DNA of 64,000 bases from a bacterium (lineage in GTDB: Bacteria > Patescibacteriota > Patescibacteriia > Patescibacteriales > UBA12465), in assembly GCA_021806615.1 (NCBI GenBank), contig JAJZRB010000001.1, positions 143,201-207,200 of the forward strand. The letters run 5' to 3'. Below are positions 35,331 through 45,201 of the stretch, piece by piece. Each line of letters opens with the position of its first letter. Position 1 is the first letter of the stretch. Made by a program: the position numbers and the translations under genes. The notes beneath the pieces were generated by a model. The model had not been told where the DNA came from and searched no databases. It worked only from the letters and a program-made list of their open reading frames with translations.

Positions 35331-36728
35331 TTAATAGGGCGTGTTAAAAAGCTGACGGATAGATTCGATTTCCTGTTTGGCCTTTTCATTGCCCTGTTCG
35401 GATATTTCTTGGTGGATTTTGTTATAAGAATGCATGGCTGTTGTATGGTCGCGGCCACCCAACTCCGCCCCGATCGTCGGGTAAGAGGTGCCTATTTCTT
35501 CCCGGATCAGAAAGATGGCTATTTGTCTGGGCCAAACCAATTCTTTTTTACGCCCCTTGCCGACTAAATCCTTATATGTCACATTATAAAATTTCGCTGT
35601 TGCTTCTATCACGTCTTTCGGGGTTAGTGATTTTATTTGAATATTGGAAACGTAGTCATTCAATATCTCCTTGACGCTTTTCAGGGTTGGCGCCACTCCC
35701 TTGAATTGATGAGAAACAATAACCTTAGTCAAGGCCCCCTCTAGCTCCCTGATGTTATTCTTAACGTGTTCCGCCAGATAAGCTAAAAGTTCCTTTTCCA
35801 TAGGAAAGCCTCGCTCAATAGATTTTTTTTCTAAAATAGCGATCTTAGTCTCAATGTCTGGCTTCCCCACATCGGCAACCATGCCAGATTCAAACCGTGA
35901 TATCAGGCGGCTTTCAATGGCCGGGATAGCTTTAGGTGGCCGGTCGGAGGTAAGGACTATCTGTTTGTCATTTTGCTGTAATTCATTAAAGGTGTGGAAG
36001 AACTCTTCTTGGGTTCCATCTTTTCCGCCCATAAATTGGACGTCGTCTACTAATAAGAGGTCGACATTGCGATAAAGATTTTTAAATTCTTTTGCTTTGC
36101 CGCTTTTTACCGCCTGGATATAATTATTGGTGAATTTTTCGCTGGTGACATATAGGATTTTATCGGTTTTTTTAGCCACCGCGTTTCCAATTGCTTGTAA
36201 TAAATGTGTTTTTCCTAACCCGACCCCGCCATAGATAAATAACGGGTTATAGGATTTGCCTAATTTATCAATAATGGCCAGACAGGCCGCATGGGCCAAT
36301 TCGTTTCCGCGTCCAACTATAAAATTTTCAAAGACGTAGCGCGGATTTAGTCCAAATTTATTAATACCATTATTGTTGTTTTCTGCCGGGGCGTTAAACG
36401 TCTCTTTTTTAACAGGAGGAATCTGTTTGTCTTCTTTGGAGTCTCCGTGACTGTTCGCTATAATCGTCCCGCCGGTTCGTCGTAATTCTATCTTATAGAT
36501 TATTTCTTTTATTTTCTGCTTGGTTATATTTTCTAAGGCGCTTAAAATATTCTTGTGGTATTTCTCTTCTAGCCATTTTTTAACGAAAGCATTAGGAACA
36601 CACACAATAACCCTGTCGTTCTCAAACGAAGAAATGAAAGTATCTTTAAACCAGGTTACGAAATTGGCTCTTGATAAATTAACCTCAATCTCGCCTAAAA
36701 CGGCCTGCCAAATTTGTTCGCTGTTCAT
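35331..36728 (-). CDS. dnaA: chromosomal replication initiator DnaA
   Basis: 465 aa with Walker A GGVGLGKTHLL and the C-terminal DNA-binding signature ..GGRDHTTAMHSYNKI... Confidence 0.96.
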   Translation of the reverse strand: MNSEQIWQAVLGEIEVNLSRANFVTWFKDTFISSFENDRVIVCVPNAFVKKWLEEKYHKNILSALENITKQKIKEIIYKIELRRTGGTIIANSHGDSKEDKQIPPVKKETFNAPAENNNNGINKFGLNPRYVFENFIVGRGNELAHAACLAIIDKLGKSYNPLFIYGGVGLGKTHLLQAIGNAVAKKTDKILYVTSEKFTNNYIQAVKSGKAKEFKNLYRNVDLLLVDDVQFMGGKDGTQEEFFHTFNELQQNDKQIVLTSDRPPKAIPAIESRLISRFESGMVADVGKPDIETKIAILEKKSIERGFPMEKELLAYLAEHVKNNIRELEGALTKVIVSHQFKGVAPTLKSVKEILNDYVSNIQIKSLTPKDVIEATAKFYNVTYKDLVGKGRKKELVWPRQIAIFLIREEIGTSYPTIGAELGGRDHTTAMHSYNKIHQEISEQGNEKAKQEIESIRQLFNTPY

Positions 36729-36969
36729 AATAGGGTAATAAAGGTAGCTTCTCAGGCTTAATTTAAATAAAAATAATAGATCGGATAGTCAACTTATGGT
36801 AGCTTAATTATATTAGATAAACTATTTTACCACAAGCGAGCGCTTTGTTTAAAATATGTTAATAATTAGTGGATAACTATCAATGGTTAAGCTATATTGT
36901 TTGTTGACTCCTCCAGATAAAGATGTTATGTTGTATGCGAAGATAATAATAAAATAAAATTAAAGACTT
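36729..36969. other. dnaA-rpmH divergent intergenic region (second candidate oriC/promoter segment)
   Basis: AT-rich, with a DnaA-box-like agtggataa (36868-36876, 8/9). The rpmH promoter candidate is TTGACT-17-TATGTT. Confidence 0.45.
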
Positions 36970-37107
36970 ATGCCGAAAAGGACCTATCAGCCGAATAAGC
37001 GCCGTGCTAAGAAAAAACATGGTTTTTTAAAGAGAATGGCGACTAAAGACGGCCGCGAAGTTTTAAAGCGCCGGAGACAAAAGGGTCGTAAGAAACTGTC
37101 AAAATAA
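36970..37107 (+). CDS. rpmH: 50S ribosomal protein L34
   Basis: Hand-translated 45-aa ORF not in the track: [45 protein letters not shown]. Confidence 0.93.
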   Translation: MPKRTYQPNKRRAKKKHGFLKRMATKDGREVLKRRRQKGRKKLSK

Positions 37108-37125
37108 CGTTAATTTTGACGCCCT

Positions 37126-37467
37126 GTGTTAAAGAAAGACAATAGAATGCTGAAAAATAAAGATTTTGACCGGGCTTTCAAGCTCGGCCAATCTTTTTAT
37201 GGTAAAATATTAGGGTTGAAATCGGCCGATAATGATCTTTTAAAGACTAGATTGGGAATTCTAATAAGCACTAAAGTCAGCAAGAAGGCAGTCATTAGAA
37301 ATCATTTTAGACGTCAAATTAGAGAAATAGTAAGAAAAGAACTCCCTCTTCTCAAAAACGGTAAAGATCTGGTTATTATAGTTTTTCCTCAAATATTAGA
37401 TAAAAAATTTGATGAAATAGAAAAGATATTAGTAAGTATTTTTAATCGTTTAAAATTGTATAAATAG
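37126..37467 (+). CDS. rnpA: ribonuclease P protein component
   Basis: 113 aa, basic, at the conserved position after rpmH. The start is either GTG at 37126 or ATG at 37147. Confidence 0.88.
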   Translation: MLKKDNRMLKNKDFDRAFKLGQSFYGKILGLKSADNDLLKTRLGILISTKVSKKAVIRNHFRRQIREIVRKELPLLKNGKDLVIIVFPQILDKKFDEIEKILVSIFNRLKLYK

Positions 37468-37487
37468 ACTAATATTAGTTAAATTAA

Positions 37488-37745
37488 ATGTATAAATATT
37501 TTAAATATTGGCCGAGAAGAACAATAGTATTTTTGATCAAGCTTTATCAAATAACCCTGTCTTTTGATCATGGGCCGTTAAAGATTTTTTATCCGCACGG
37601 TTTCTGCCGTTTTACCCCCTCTTGCTCTCAATATGGAATAGAAGCTTTTTCTAAATACGGAATAGTCAAAGGCGGCGTTCTGACCAGCTGGCGCATATTA
37701 CGCTGTAATCCTTGGAATAAAGGCGGATATGATCCTGTAAAGTAG
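37488..37745 (+). CDS. yidD: membrane protein insertion efficiency factor YidD
   Basis: 85 aa with ..[18 protein letters not shown]...RILRCNPW... Confidence 0.92.
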   Translation: MYKYFKYWPRRTIVFLIKLYQITLSFDHGPLKIFYPHGFCRFTPSCSQYGIEAFSKYGIVKGGVLTSWRILRCNPWNKGGYDPVK

Positions 37746-37794
37746 CACTATCATTTTAGTCGTTGGGCTAAAGATTAAATATAAACAATTTCTT

Positions 37795-38550
37795 ATGTCA
37801 CAAATTTTTACCGCCATTTTTTATCAACCGATTTTAAACCTCTTGATTTTTCTTTATAATACTGTCGCTTTGCACGATTTGGGTTTGGCTATTATTTTAC
37901 TCACAGTAGTTATCCGTTTGGTTTTTTGGCCGTTGAGCAAGTCTTCGATAAAATCTCAAAAAGCGTTACAAGATTTGCAGCCAAAAATAGAAGAGCTGAA
38001 AAAGAAATTTAACAATGATAAGGTGGAGCTTAGCCGGGCGACCATGGAATTATATAAAGAGAACAAGGTCAATCCATTCTCTTCTTGTCTCCCCTTATTG
38101 ATCCAATTGCCTTTTTTATTTGCTGTTTATCGGGTTTTTCGTGACGGGATTGGAAATAAACTAGATTTTGTCTACCCCTTTATTAGTCGTCCAGAAGTTA
38201 TTAACACCCTTTCTTTCGGTTTTTTGGATTTGGTTAAACCTAATATACCCCTGGCCATTCTAGCCGGCTTGGCTCAATTTTGGCAGGCTAAGATGATGAT
38301 TACCACTAAGCCGGCAATAGACACTCCGGGCTCTAAGGACGAAAGCATGGCCGCTATAATGAATAAGCAGATGCTCTATTTTATGCCGGCGATTACCGTT
38401 TTTATCGGTCTGTCCTTGCCGGGAGGATTAACCCTGTATTGGTTCGTCCTAACTTTTTTGACCGCCGTTCAACAGTTGATAACTTTTCATAAAAAAACCG
38501 GAGCCTCTTCAGGCGCCGGGAACACAATTGAAGGCGAACTTATAAAATAA
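37795..38550 (+). CDS. yidC: membrane insertase YidC (short form)
   Basis: 251 aa with a 5-TM core and ..MELYKENKVNPFSSCLPLLIQLPF... Confidence 0.92.
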   Translation: MSQIFTAIFYQPILNLLIFLYNTVALHDLGLAIILLTVVIRLVFWPLSKSSIKSQKALQDLQPKIEELKKKFNNDKVELSRATMELYKENKVNPFSSCLPLLIQLPFLFAVYRVFRDGIGNKLDFVYPFISRPEVINTLSFGFLDLVKPNIPLAILAGLAQFWQAKMMITTKPAIDTPGSKDESMAAIMNKQMLYFMPAITVFIGLSLPGGLTLYWFVLTFLTAVQQLITFHKKTGASSGAGNTIEGELIK

Positions 38551-38551
38551 T

Positions 38552-40480
38552 CTAATGATTTATAGAATCACTGCTTGAGGCGGCCGGTAAATCGGCCGCT
38601 TTTTGGTTGGGGCTGGTAGAAGTCGCCTCATTTGATAGCCTGATGTTTTCCAAGGTGCTACTAGCCGTAGAACTGGCGGTTTTGCCGATTAAGCATACTC
38701 CCTGCCAAGGAATATAGTGAGACTTGAAACGACGCTCGTGAGTCGGGGTGCTGGTAGCCCCTTCCGGGTATACTACCTTGTAGTCAAAATAAGCATCAGC
38801 GCCATTGTGCGAGCTTTCCGTGCATTTTTTCTCTCCCGGCTTCAAATCCTCGCTTTCTATTATTTTTGTCGGTTCTGGTTTGACGATATTATAAATGATC
38901 GGGTCGGTGGTAGTCGCGGTACGCCCGTCTTTTGTGCCCCAAAAATCAAAATATAAATCATCTTTGATGATACGGGCCTGGATGAGAATATAATTACCGG
39001 TATCATTTATAAAACGTAAATCCGGTTGTGGTATATAAATGGTAGCATCCGTCCCCGCCGGTTCGTAATAAGAAACGCGGTATGAATGGTTTTGGCGCAT
39101 TGTAATCGGCAAGCCGGAAGCTAAGGCGGTCCTAAAAATAGTCGTGCCTATTTGGCATAATCCGCCGCCGAATTCGGGAACGGTTTTATTTCCTTTGATT
39201 ACCAATTCCGGCAAATATCCAGTTTTATCGCTAACGTCGCCGAGAGTTTTGATCAATGAGAATTCCTCGTTAGGCTTGATTAATAGGCCATGCAGGGCAG
39301 CTGCGCCTACGGTAATATTGTGACGGCGGTTAGCTGGCGATCCCGTAAACTTAGAATGCCCCGTTCCGATTATCTCCTTAATAGATAGGTCGTTCTCCGG
39401 GTTAAGATTTTCCGCTGTGACATCTTTGATTATTAAGCTTATTTCATTTTTTCCGGCCAGCAAAGAATTACTGATTGCAGAAGCGCTAGCCTCTAAATCA
39501 AGGGCTCGTCCATTTTTACCGGTTTGCCAGCTGGTTACGCGCCCATCTTTTATTTCAAAACGTGGCAGGATGGCTTCCCGGTCTATTTCCGGCGCGATAA
39601 CTGTTCGTAAATATTCCTTGATTTTATCCAGATCAAAATTAAGTTCAAGCCGCCCGCTGTTACTTTGGACGCTGGCCCAAGTAATGAGATGGTCGGGCTT
39701 GATTACCCAATATTCGGTTGAAGTGCTGTTATCATTTTCGGGACGGCGCAAGATCAAACTGCCGCGGCCGACTATTGCTTGTATCTCCGGCTCTAATAAA
39801 TCTAGGTCCGATTGTTTGACGCTCGGGTATTTAGAGCGGGTTCTGATTAGTATTGTGTTATTTTGCAGATTATCTAAATTCATTTTTATCTCTTCCAACG
39901 CTTGCCCATAGTTTATTTCTTTTCCCGGACGTTCTAAGTTGCGGCTTAATTTAAGCTGGCCGTTTTTAGAATTAGCAGTTGAAAAATAAGCGTTTTCAGG
40001 ATTAATGTTTAATTCTGGAAAATTATCCGCCAGGAAGGATTTGACAGCGTCGTCATTTAAGCTGTAAGTTGCCGTAACGTGGTTTGGCCCCGGTAAAAAC
40101 AAGATGCGCCACAGATAGCTTGGGAAATCCCGTTCCGACTTATTCCCGTAGGCATTCGATAAAGTCTCTTCTAAATCGAAAGAGACGGCCGAATAAGATA
40201 AATCAGAGTCAAAGGAGGCGATCGTTGTGCTTAAAACAGAAGATTTGCCGTTATATTGGAATTTTAATCCGTCTAACTCTATTTTTTTGATATGTTCAGA
40301 TAGTAGTCCGCGCGCCTCGTCCAGCGTTTTTCCGCCTAAGTCCAAGCCGCCTATCCATGTACCCGGATAAATGCGTCCTTGGTAGTGGCTCCAGCTGAGA
40401 TAACCGGTAATAAAAAAAGCCGCTATTATAATCAATGCGGAGATAATGATTGTTTTTATCGCCCAAGGACTGAATTTCAT
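38552..40480 (-). CDS. VanW-family protein with N-terminal membrane anchor
   Basis: 642 aa. The VanW-like block is ..GGGLCQIGTTIFRTALASGLPITMRQNHSYRVSYY... Confidence 0.8.
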   Translation of the reverse strand: MKFSPWAIKTIIISALIIIAAFFITGYLSWSHYQGRIYPGTWIGGLDLGGKTLDEARGLLSEHIKKIELDGLKFQYNGKSSVLSTTIASFDSDLSYSAVSFDLEETLSNAYGNKSERDFPSYLWRILFLPGPNHVTATYSLNDDAVKSFLADNFPELNINPENAYFSTANSKNGQLKLSRNLERPGKEINYGQALEEIKMNLDNLQNNTILIRTRSKYPSVKQSDLDLLEPEIQAIVGRGSLILRRPENDNSTSTEYWVIKPDHLITWASVQSNSGRLELNFDLDKIKEYLRTVIAPEIDREAILPRFEIKDGRVTSWQTGKNGRALDLEASASAISNSLLAGKNEISLIIKDVTAENLNPENDLSIKEIIGTGHSKFTGSPANRRHNITVGAAALHGLLIKPNEEFSLIKTLGDVSDKTGYLPELVIKGNKTVPEFGGGLCQIGTTIFRTALASGLPITMRQNHSYRVSYYEPAGTDATIYIPQPDLRFINDTGNYILIQARIIKDDLYFDFWGTKDGRTATTTDPIIYNIVKPEPTKIIESEDLKPGEKKCTESSHNGADAYFDYKVVYPEGATSTPTHERRFKSHYIPWQGVCLIGKTASSTASSTLENIRLSNEATSTSPNQKAADLPAASSSDSINH

Positions 40481-40507
40481 AGCATCTGAGTCCAGATTAA
40501 GCTTTAG

Positions 40508-40927
40508 CTAATCTTTGCTTTTGACTTTGATTTGGCCGGGATGATTTTTATAGAGAGTTATAGTCAATACGCCGTTTTCCAGTTCGGCTTCTACCCGCTT
40601 GTTGTCTACTTCGGCCGGGAGTATTATAGAGCGCGAAAAAGAGCCCCAGTAACATTCACGGTATAAATAGTCTTCTTCTTTTATTTCTTCGCCGGCCGTT
40701 CGTGTACCTTTAATGGTGAGAAGATCGTGGTGGAGAGAGATTTTTAAATCTTCAGGCTTGGCTCCAGCGATCGTTGATTTAATAATAATTTTCTTAGCCG
40801 TCTGGTACACGTCAATGGCTAATTGGCCCTCAGCTTCTGGTTCCTCATAGTTAAGCCATTCATCGGTCGGCATTTGTCCGTTTTCAGCGACGAGATCGGT
40901 CGCTTTATTATTTTTATGGAAAATCAT
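40508..40927 (-). CDS. Hsp20/alpha-crystallin small heat shock protein
   Basis: 139 aa with ..AIDVYQT.. and ..AELENGVLTITL... Confidence 0.9.
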   Translation of the reverse strand: MIFHKNNKATDLVAENGQMPTDEWLNYEEPEAEGQLAIDVYQTAKKIIIKSTIAGAKPEDLKISLHHDLLTIKGTRTAGEEIKEEDYLYRECYWGSFSRSIILPAEVDNKRVEAELENGVLTITLYKNHPGQIKVKSKD

Positions 40928-40982
40928 ATTTTTATCTTATCTATAATTTACCAATTTTTGGATGGAAAGTAAATATGCCAGC

Positions 40983-41013
40983 AAAAAACACGCCTTTAAC
41001 AGCGTGTTTTTTT
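40983..41013 (-). terminator. terminator after the tRNA-Ile/tRNA-Val pair
   Basis: Stem ACACGC/GCGTGT flanked by an A-run and a T-run, immediately 3' of tRNA-Val. Confidence 0.7.
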
Positions 41014-41014
41014 G

Positions 41015-41091
<77 letters not shown>

Positions 41092-41114
41092 ATTTGAATC
41101 AACAGTAATTGTTG

Positions 41115-41188
41115 TGGGCATAGATGGACTTGAACCATCGACCCCCGCTTTATAAGAGCGGTGCTCTAACCAACTGAGCTATATGCCC
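41115..41188 (-). tRNA. tRNA-Ile(TAT)
   Basis: Full hand fold: acceptor GGGCATA/TATGCCC, D arm GCTC-AGTTGGTTA-GAGC, anticodon arm CCGCT-CTTATAA-AGCGG, T arm GATGG-TTCAAGT-CCATC, discriminator A. Confidence 0.85.
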
Positions 41189-41261
41189 ATCATTATAATG
41201 GCCGGCTGAAAAGAATGCAAGAATAGGAGTATAGAGAGGTTGCGGCAGTTATTTTATATCA

Positions 41262-42425
41262 TTATAAAGTTAATTTATCAAGTTTATTCTTTAGATTTTT
41301 GATTATGGTTACAGCGGCAGCCTCTAATTTTAAGTCCAGCGTAGCTTGGGCTGACTTGAGCGTGCCGAGAGGAGAATATTCTTTGAGAAATTCAAGGGCG
41401 TTTATATTCTTGAGAGAATAGATGATCAGTCTAGTCCGGCTCCCCGCTTCTTCATAGAGTATGGCTATGATTTTCGTGTTGGGGACTGTCGCTATGAGCT
41501 CATCTACAATATCCGCCAGCTCCGTCGCCTCTGCCCCGGATTTTTGGAAGTCATCGGCCTTCAATTCGGACCAGAGGAGCTCCCCGTTATTTTCTGATTT
41601 TAGATTATTCAATATTTTTCCCCAGAGCCGCAAAGAAGCCAGGCTGCGCGAACGGTATAGACGATTGACTATTTCTTCTCGCCGCGCGCCGCGCGCGATA
41701 AGTTCAGAGGTGCTGAGCAATGTGCGGGGCGTTAGGTTCGGCGTTTTAAAATTTCTAGTTTCTTGGATTATGCCTGTTAAAAGACAGGTGGCGATATCCT
41801 CGTCAATCAGGTCAGATTTATAATTTTTTAAGAGATAAAATAAGATTTCCGAGCTAGCGACCGCATTTAGGTCAATAAAATTAATTTGGCCGAATTCTTC
41901 ATTGGCTGGATGATGATCGATATTGATAATCGTGGTTTTGTAGAAAAATTCAATATTGTCATCATACGTACGACCTAAGAATTCTAAGTCGCTTAGGCCC
42001 AAAGTGATAATCAGATCGTATTTGAATTCCCCGGCTCTCGCGCTGACATCTTCAGGCTTGAACCAGCCCGTAGTAGGCGAGATTATAAAATTAAGCTGAT
42101 TATTATCTATAGCGTATTTAATTTGACTGACTTTAGCTTGGCTAATGTTAAGAGAAACAATGAATCTTCGCAAATTATTAAGTTTTTCTTTGATTTCTTG
42201 ATAGGCAGGCAGAAAAGATAATGGGGATTTATTGTTATCGCCCTTAAATCCCACAATTTCAGTTTCGTGCCCTAGTTTTTTTAAGAATAAGAAGAGGGCT
42301 AGCGCCGCAGCCATAGCGTCGGCTCTGTCGGCGGGAGCGCTCGCTGCTTCATCATTAGGAAAAACCACTAAAATATTTTTAGATTTTTCTAGTTGACGAA
42401 AGATTTGTTGTTCTAAGTTTAGCAT
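41262..42425 (-). CDS. DHH-family phosphoesterase (NrnA-like)
   Basis: 387 aa with the ..IINIDHHPANEEFG.. DHH motif and a DHHA1-like C-terminal half. Confidence 0.8.
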   Translation of the reverse strand: MLNLEQQIFRQLEKSKNILVVFPNDEAASAPADRADAMAAALALFLFLKKLGHETEIVGFKGDNNKSPLSFLPAYQEIKEKLNNLRRFIVSLNISQAKVSQIKYAIDNNQLNFIISPTTGWFKPEDVSARAGEFKYDLIITLGLSDLEFLGRTYDDNIEFFYKTTIINIDHHPANEEFGQINFIDLNAVASSEILFYLLKNYKSDLIDEDIATCLLTGIIQETRNFKTPNLTPRTLLSTSELIARGARREEIVNRLYRSRSLASLRLWGKILNNLKSENNGELLWSELKADDFQKSGAEATELADIVDELIATVPNTKIIAILYEEAGSRTRLIIYSLKNINALEFLKEYSPLGTLKSAQATLDLKLEAAAVTIIKNLKNKLDKLTL

Positions 42426-42523
42426 TTATTTCCGCTAAAAAATTACCAGGATTGCTATAATCCCAACTCTCCAATATATAGTTATTTTGCCTCAAAGTCA
42501 AGGTCTAAAAGCCTATTCTTTCA

Positions 42524-42552
42524 TTGACTTGAGCCTGTTTTTTTGGTAATTT
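42524..42552 (+). promoter_or_regulatory. candidate valS promoter
   Basis: TTGACT (42524-42529), 17-nt spacer, TAATTT (42547-42552). The ATG lies 6 nt further on. Confidence 0.5.
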
Positions 42553-42558
42553 TAAATT

Positions 42559-45201
42559 ATGACTTATGAATTAGACAAGATTTACGACCCAGCCTCTAAT
42601 GAGGATAAAATCTATAAAAGATGGGAAGAATCAGGGCTTTTTAACCCCGATAATTTAAGTTTGTCAAAAGATTCCCCTAGTTATACTATTGTGTTGCCAC
42701 CTCCCAATATTACCGATAAATTGCATATGGGACATGCCGCCACCCTAGCCATTGAAGATCTTTTGATCCGCTACCATCGTTTACGAGGTTTCAGGACTTT
42801 ATGGCTGCCGGGAACGGATCATGCCGCCATTGCCACCCAGAATGTCGTAGAGAAAAAAATATTAAAAGAGAGTGGTAAAACTAGGCAAGATCTAGGTCGG
42901 GAAAAATTTTTGGAAGAGGTCTGGAAATTTTTACGGGTAACTCAAGGAGAGATCCTTCATCAATCGCGTAAGATGGGGGCCTCTCTAGATTGGTCTCGTC
43001 TGGCCTTCACTTTAGACGAACCGCGACAATTAGCGGTTCGGACGATGTTCAAAGAGATGTATGATGAAGGCGTTATCTATCGCGGCGAGCGAGTGGTCAA
43101 TTGGTGCCCTCGCTGCCACTCTACTTTAGCTGATGACGAGGTTGAATATAAAGAGAAGGTCGGCAAACTATACACCTTTAAATATGATCATGATTTTCCG
43201 CTGCCTATTTCTACGACTAGGCCGGAAACCAAACTGGGCGATGTCGCCGTCGCCGTCAATCCTAAAGATCGGCGTTACCATGAATATATCGGGAAAGATT
43301 TTAAAGTAGATTTTTGCGGGCAGACGCTTCAGATTAAAATCATTGCCGATCATAATGTCGATCCGGAGTTCGGCACCGGCGCCTTAGGAGTGACCCCGGC
43401 TCATTCGGCCGTTGATGCCCAGATGGCGATCAATAATAATTTGCCGGTAATCAAGGTCATCGATGAAGACGGAAAAATCAGCGGCGGTTTTGGAGCTTAT
43501 TCTGGCTTAGACGTCGATTCGGCGCGCGAAAAGATTGTCTTAGAGTTACGCGCGCGCGGCCTTTTGATATCCGAAGAAGAAATCAATAATAACTTATCGG
43601 TTTGTTATCGTTGCGGCACGCCGATTGAACCCCTGCCTTCTCGCCAATGGTTTATTTCCGTTGATAAAAAGATCCCCCGTTTAGGGAATAAATCATTGAA
43701 AGAAAAAGCGATGGCAGTAGCGCTTGACGGACAAATAAAATTTTTGCCCGATCGCTTTACTAAGAGATATTTAGATTGGATGGATAATCTGCATGATTGG
43801 TGCATTTCGCGGCAGATTTGGTTCGGTCACCAGATACCGGTCTGGTATCGCGGCGAAGAGATTTATGTCGGCTTAGATGCCCCTGATGGGAATGATTGGC
43901 AGCAAGACCCCGACACTCTCGATACCTGGTTTTCTTCCGGCATGTGGACCTTCTCTACTTTAGGCTGGCCCGTTAATTATCAGAAGGGACAAAAAATCGG
44001 AGATTTAGCTCAATTTCATCCTACTCAGGTTTTGGAGACAGGCTATGAAATCATTACTCTTTGGGTTTCGCGCATGATCATGATGTCCCTTTTCGCCCTA
44101 AATGAAATTCCCTTTTCTCAGGTTTATCTCCATGGCATGATATTGGACCAAAACGGCAAGAAAATGTCCAAATCTAAAGGTAACGGCATCAATCCTTTAG
44201 ACATGATTGCTAAATTTGGGACCGACGCGACCCGTTTAGCGGTTTTGACTGGGTCAACCCCTGGAAACGATTCTCGTTTTAGTGAGGATAAAGTTGAAGC
44301 GAAGAGAAACTTTATAAATAAGCTTTGGAATATCTCACGTTTTATCTTAGCGACGACAGGGGAGAAATTCTTGGCGACGCGGGCAGAATATCGCCCCGCG
44401 CCCAAGACAGCCGCCGATAGCTGGATCATAGGCGAATTAGATAGCTTGATTACGCGCATCTCCAGTCATTTGGATAATCTTAATTTTTCTTTAGCCGCTG
44501 AAGACCTCCATGATTTTACCTGGAATAAACTGGCTGATTGGTATTTAGAAATAGCTAAATTTGAAAGAAATAAAGAAGAAGTGTTGGTCTATCTTTTAAA
44601 GAATGTTTTAAAGCTATGGCACCCTTTTATTCCTTTTGTGACCGAAAATATTTGGCAGAGTTTCAATGATAGTTTGCTCATGGTAGAAAAGTGGCCGCAA
44701 GGGACCGGCGTCAGCGACAATAACCAAAAAATAGTAAAAGACGCCCAGATAATTTCCTTGACCATCAGTTTGATCCAAAAGATTAGGGATGCGCGCGCTA
44801 AGCATAAGATTGAGCCGACTAGAAAGATTTCGGCCGTTATTTACGCCCATAGCTTGGCCGATGAGCTCGTTGGCCAGGACATCTTGTTCAAAAATTTGCG
44901 GACCGGCATTGATGGCTTACGGATAATAAAAGAAGGCGAGAAGATTAAAGACGCAATTTATATTTTGGACGGTGAAGTAGAGGTCTATTTAATCGGTGCT
45001 ATAGATGCTGGTCAAGAGAAGCGACGTTTGGCTAAAGAGCAAGCTAATTTAGAAAAATTGATTGCCGGCCAGTCGCAAAAAATTTCTAATCCAGATTTTA
45101 CCGATCGGGCGCCGGCCCATATTGTCGATATAGAAAAGAACAAGTTGTCTGTTTACCAAGCCGAGCTGGACAAGATATTAAAAATAATGGGAACTTTATG
45201 A
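42559..45201 (+). CDS. valS: valyl-tRNA synthetase
   Basis: 880 aa with a HIGH-type LHMGHA, KMSKS and a C-terminal coiled coil. Confidence 0.96.
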   Translation: MTYELDKIYDPASNEDKIYKRWEESGLFNPDNLSLSKDSPSYTIVLPPPNITDKLHMGHAATLAIEDLLIRYHRLRGFRTLWLPGTDHAAIATQNVVEKKILKESGKTRQDLGREKFLEEVWKFLRVTQGEILHQSRKMGASLDWSRLAFTLDEPRQLAVRTMFKEMYDEGVIYRGERVVNWCPRCHSTLADDEVEYKEKVGKLYTFKYDHDFPLPISTTRPETKLGDVAVAVNPKDRRYHEYIGKDFKVDFCGQTLQIKIIADHNVDPEFGTGALGVTPAHSAVDAQMAINNNLPVIKVIDEDGKISGGFGAYSGLDVDSAREKIVLELRARGLLISEEEINNNLSVCYRCGTPIEPLPSRQWFISVDKKIPRLGNKSLKEKAMAVALDGQIKFLPDRFTKRYLDWMDNLHDWCISRQIWFGHQIPVWYRGEEIYVGLDAPDGNDWQQDPDTLDTWFSSGMWTFSTLGWPVNYQKGQKIGDLAQFHPTQVLETGYEIITLWVSRMIMMSLFALNEIPFSQVYLHGMILDQNGKKMSKSKGNGINPLDMIAKFGTDATRLAVLTGSTPGNDSRFSEDKVEAKRNFINKLWNISRFILATTGEKFLATRAEYRPAPKTAADSWIIGELDSLITRISSHLDNLNFSLAAEDLHDFTWNKLADWYLEIAKFERNKEEVLVYLLKNVLKLWHPFIPFVTENIWQSFNDSLLMVEKWPQGTGVSDNNQKIVKDAQIISLTISLIQKIRDARAKHKIEPTRKISAVIYAHSLADELVGQDILFKNLRTGIDGLRIIKEGEKIKDAIYILDGEVEVYLIGAIDAGQEKRRLAKEQANLEKLIAGQSQKISNPDFTDRAPAHIVDIEKNKLSVYQAELDKILKIMGTL

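Noticed and set aside
42426-42558. T-box leaders upstream of valS, pheS and trpS
   Set aside because: The upstream regions are short (at most 183 nt) and lack a specifier-loop/T-box (AANNNGGGTGGTACCGCG-like) sequence. Promoters sit almost on the start codons.
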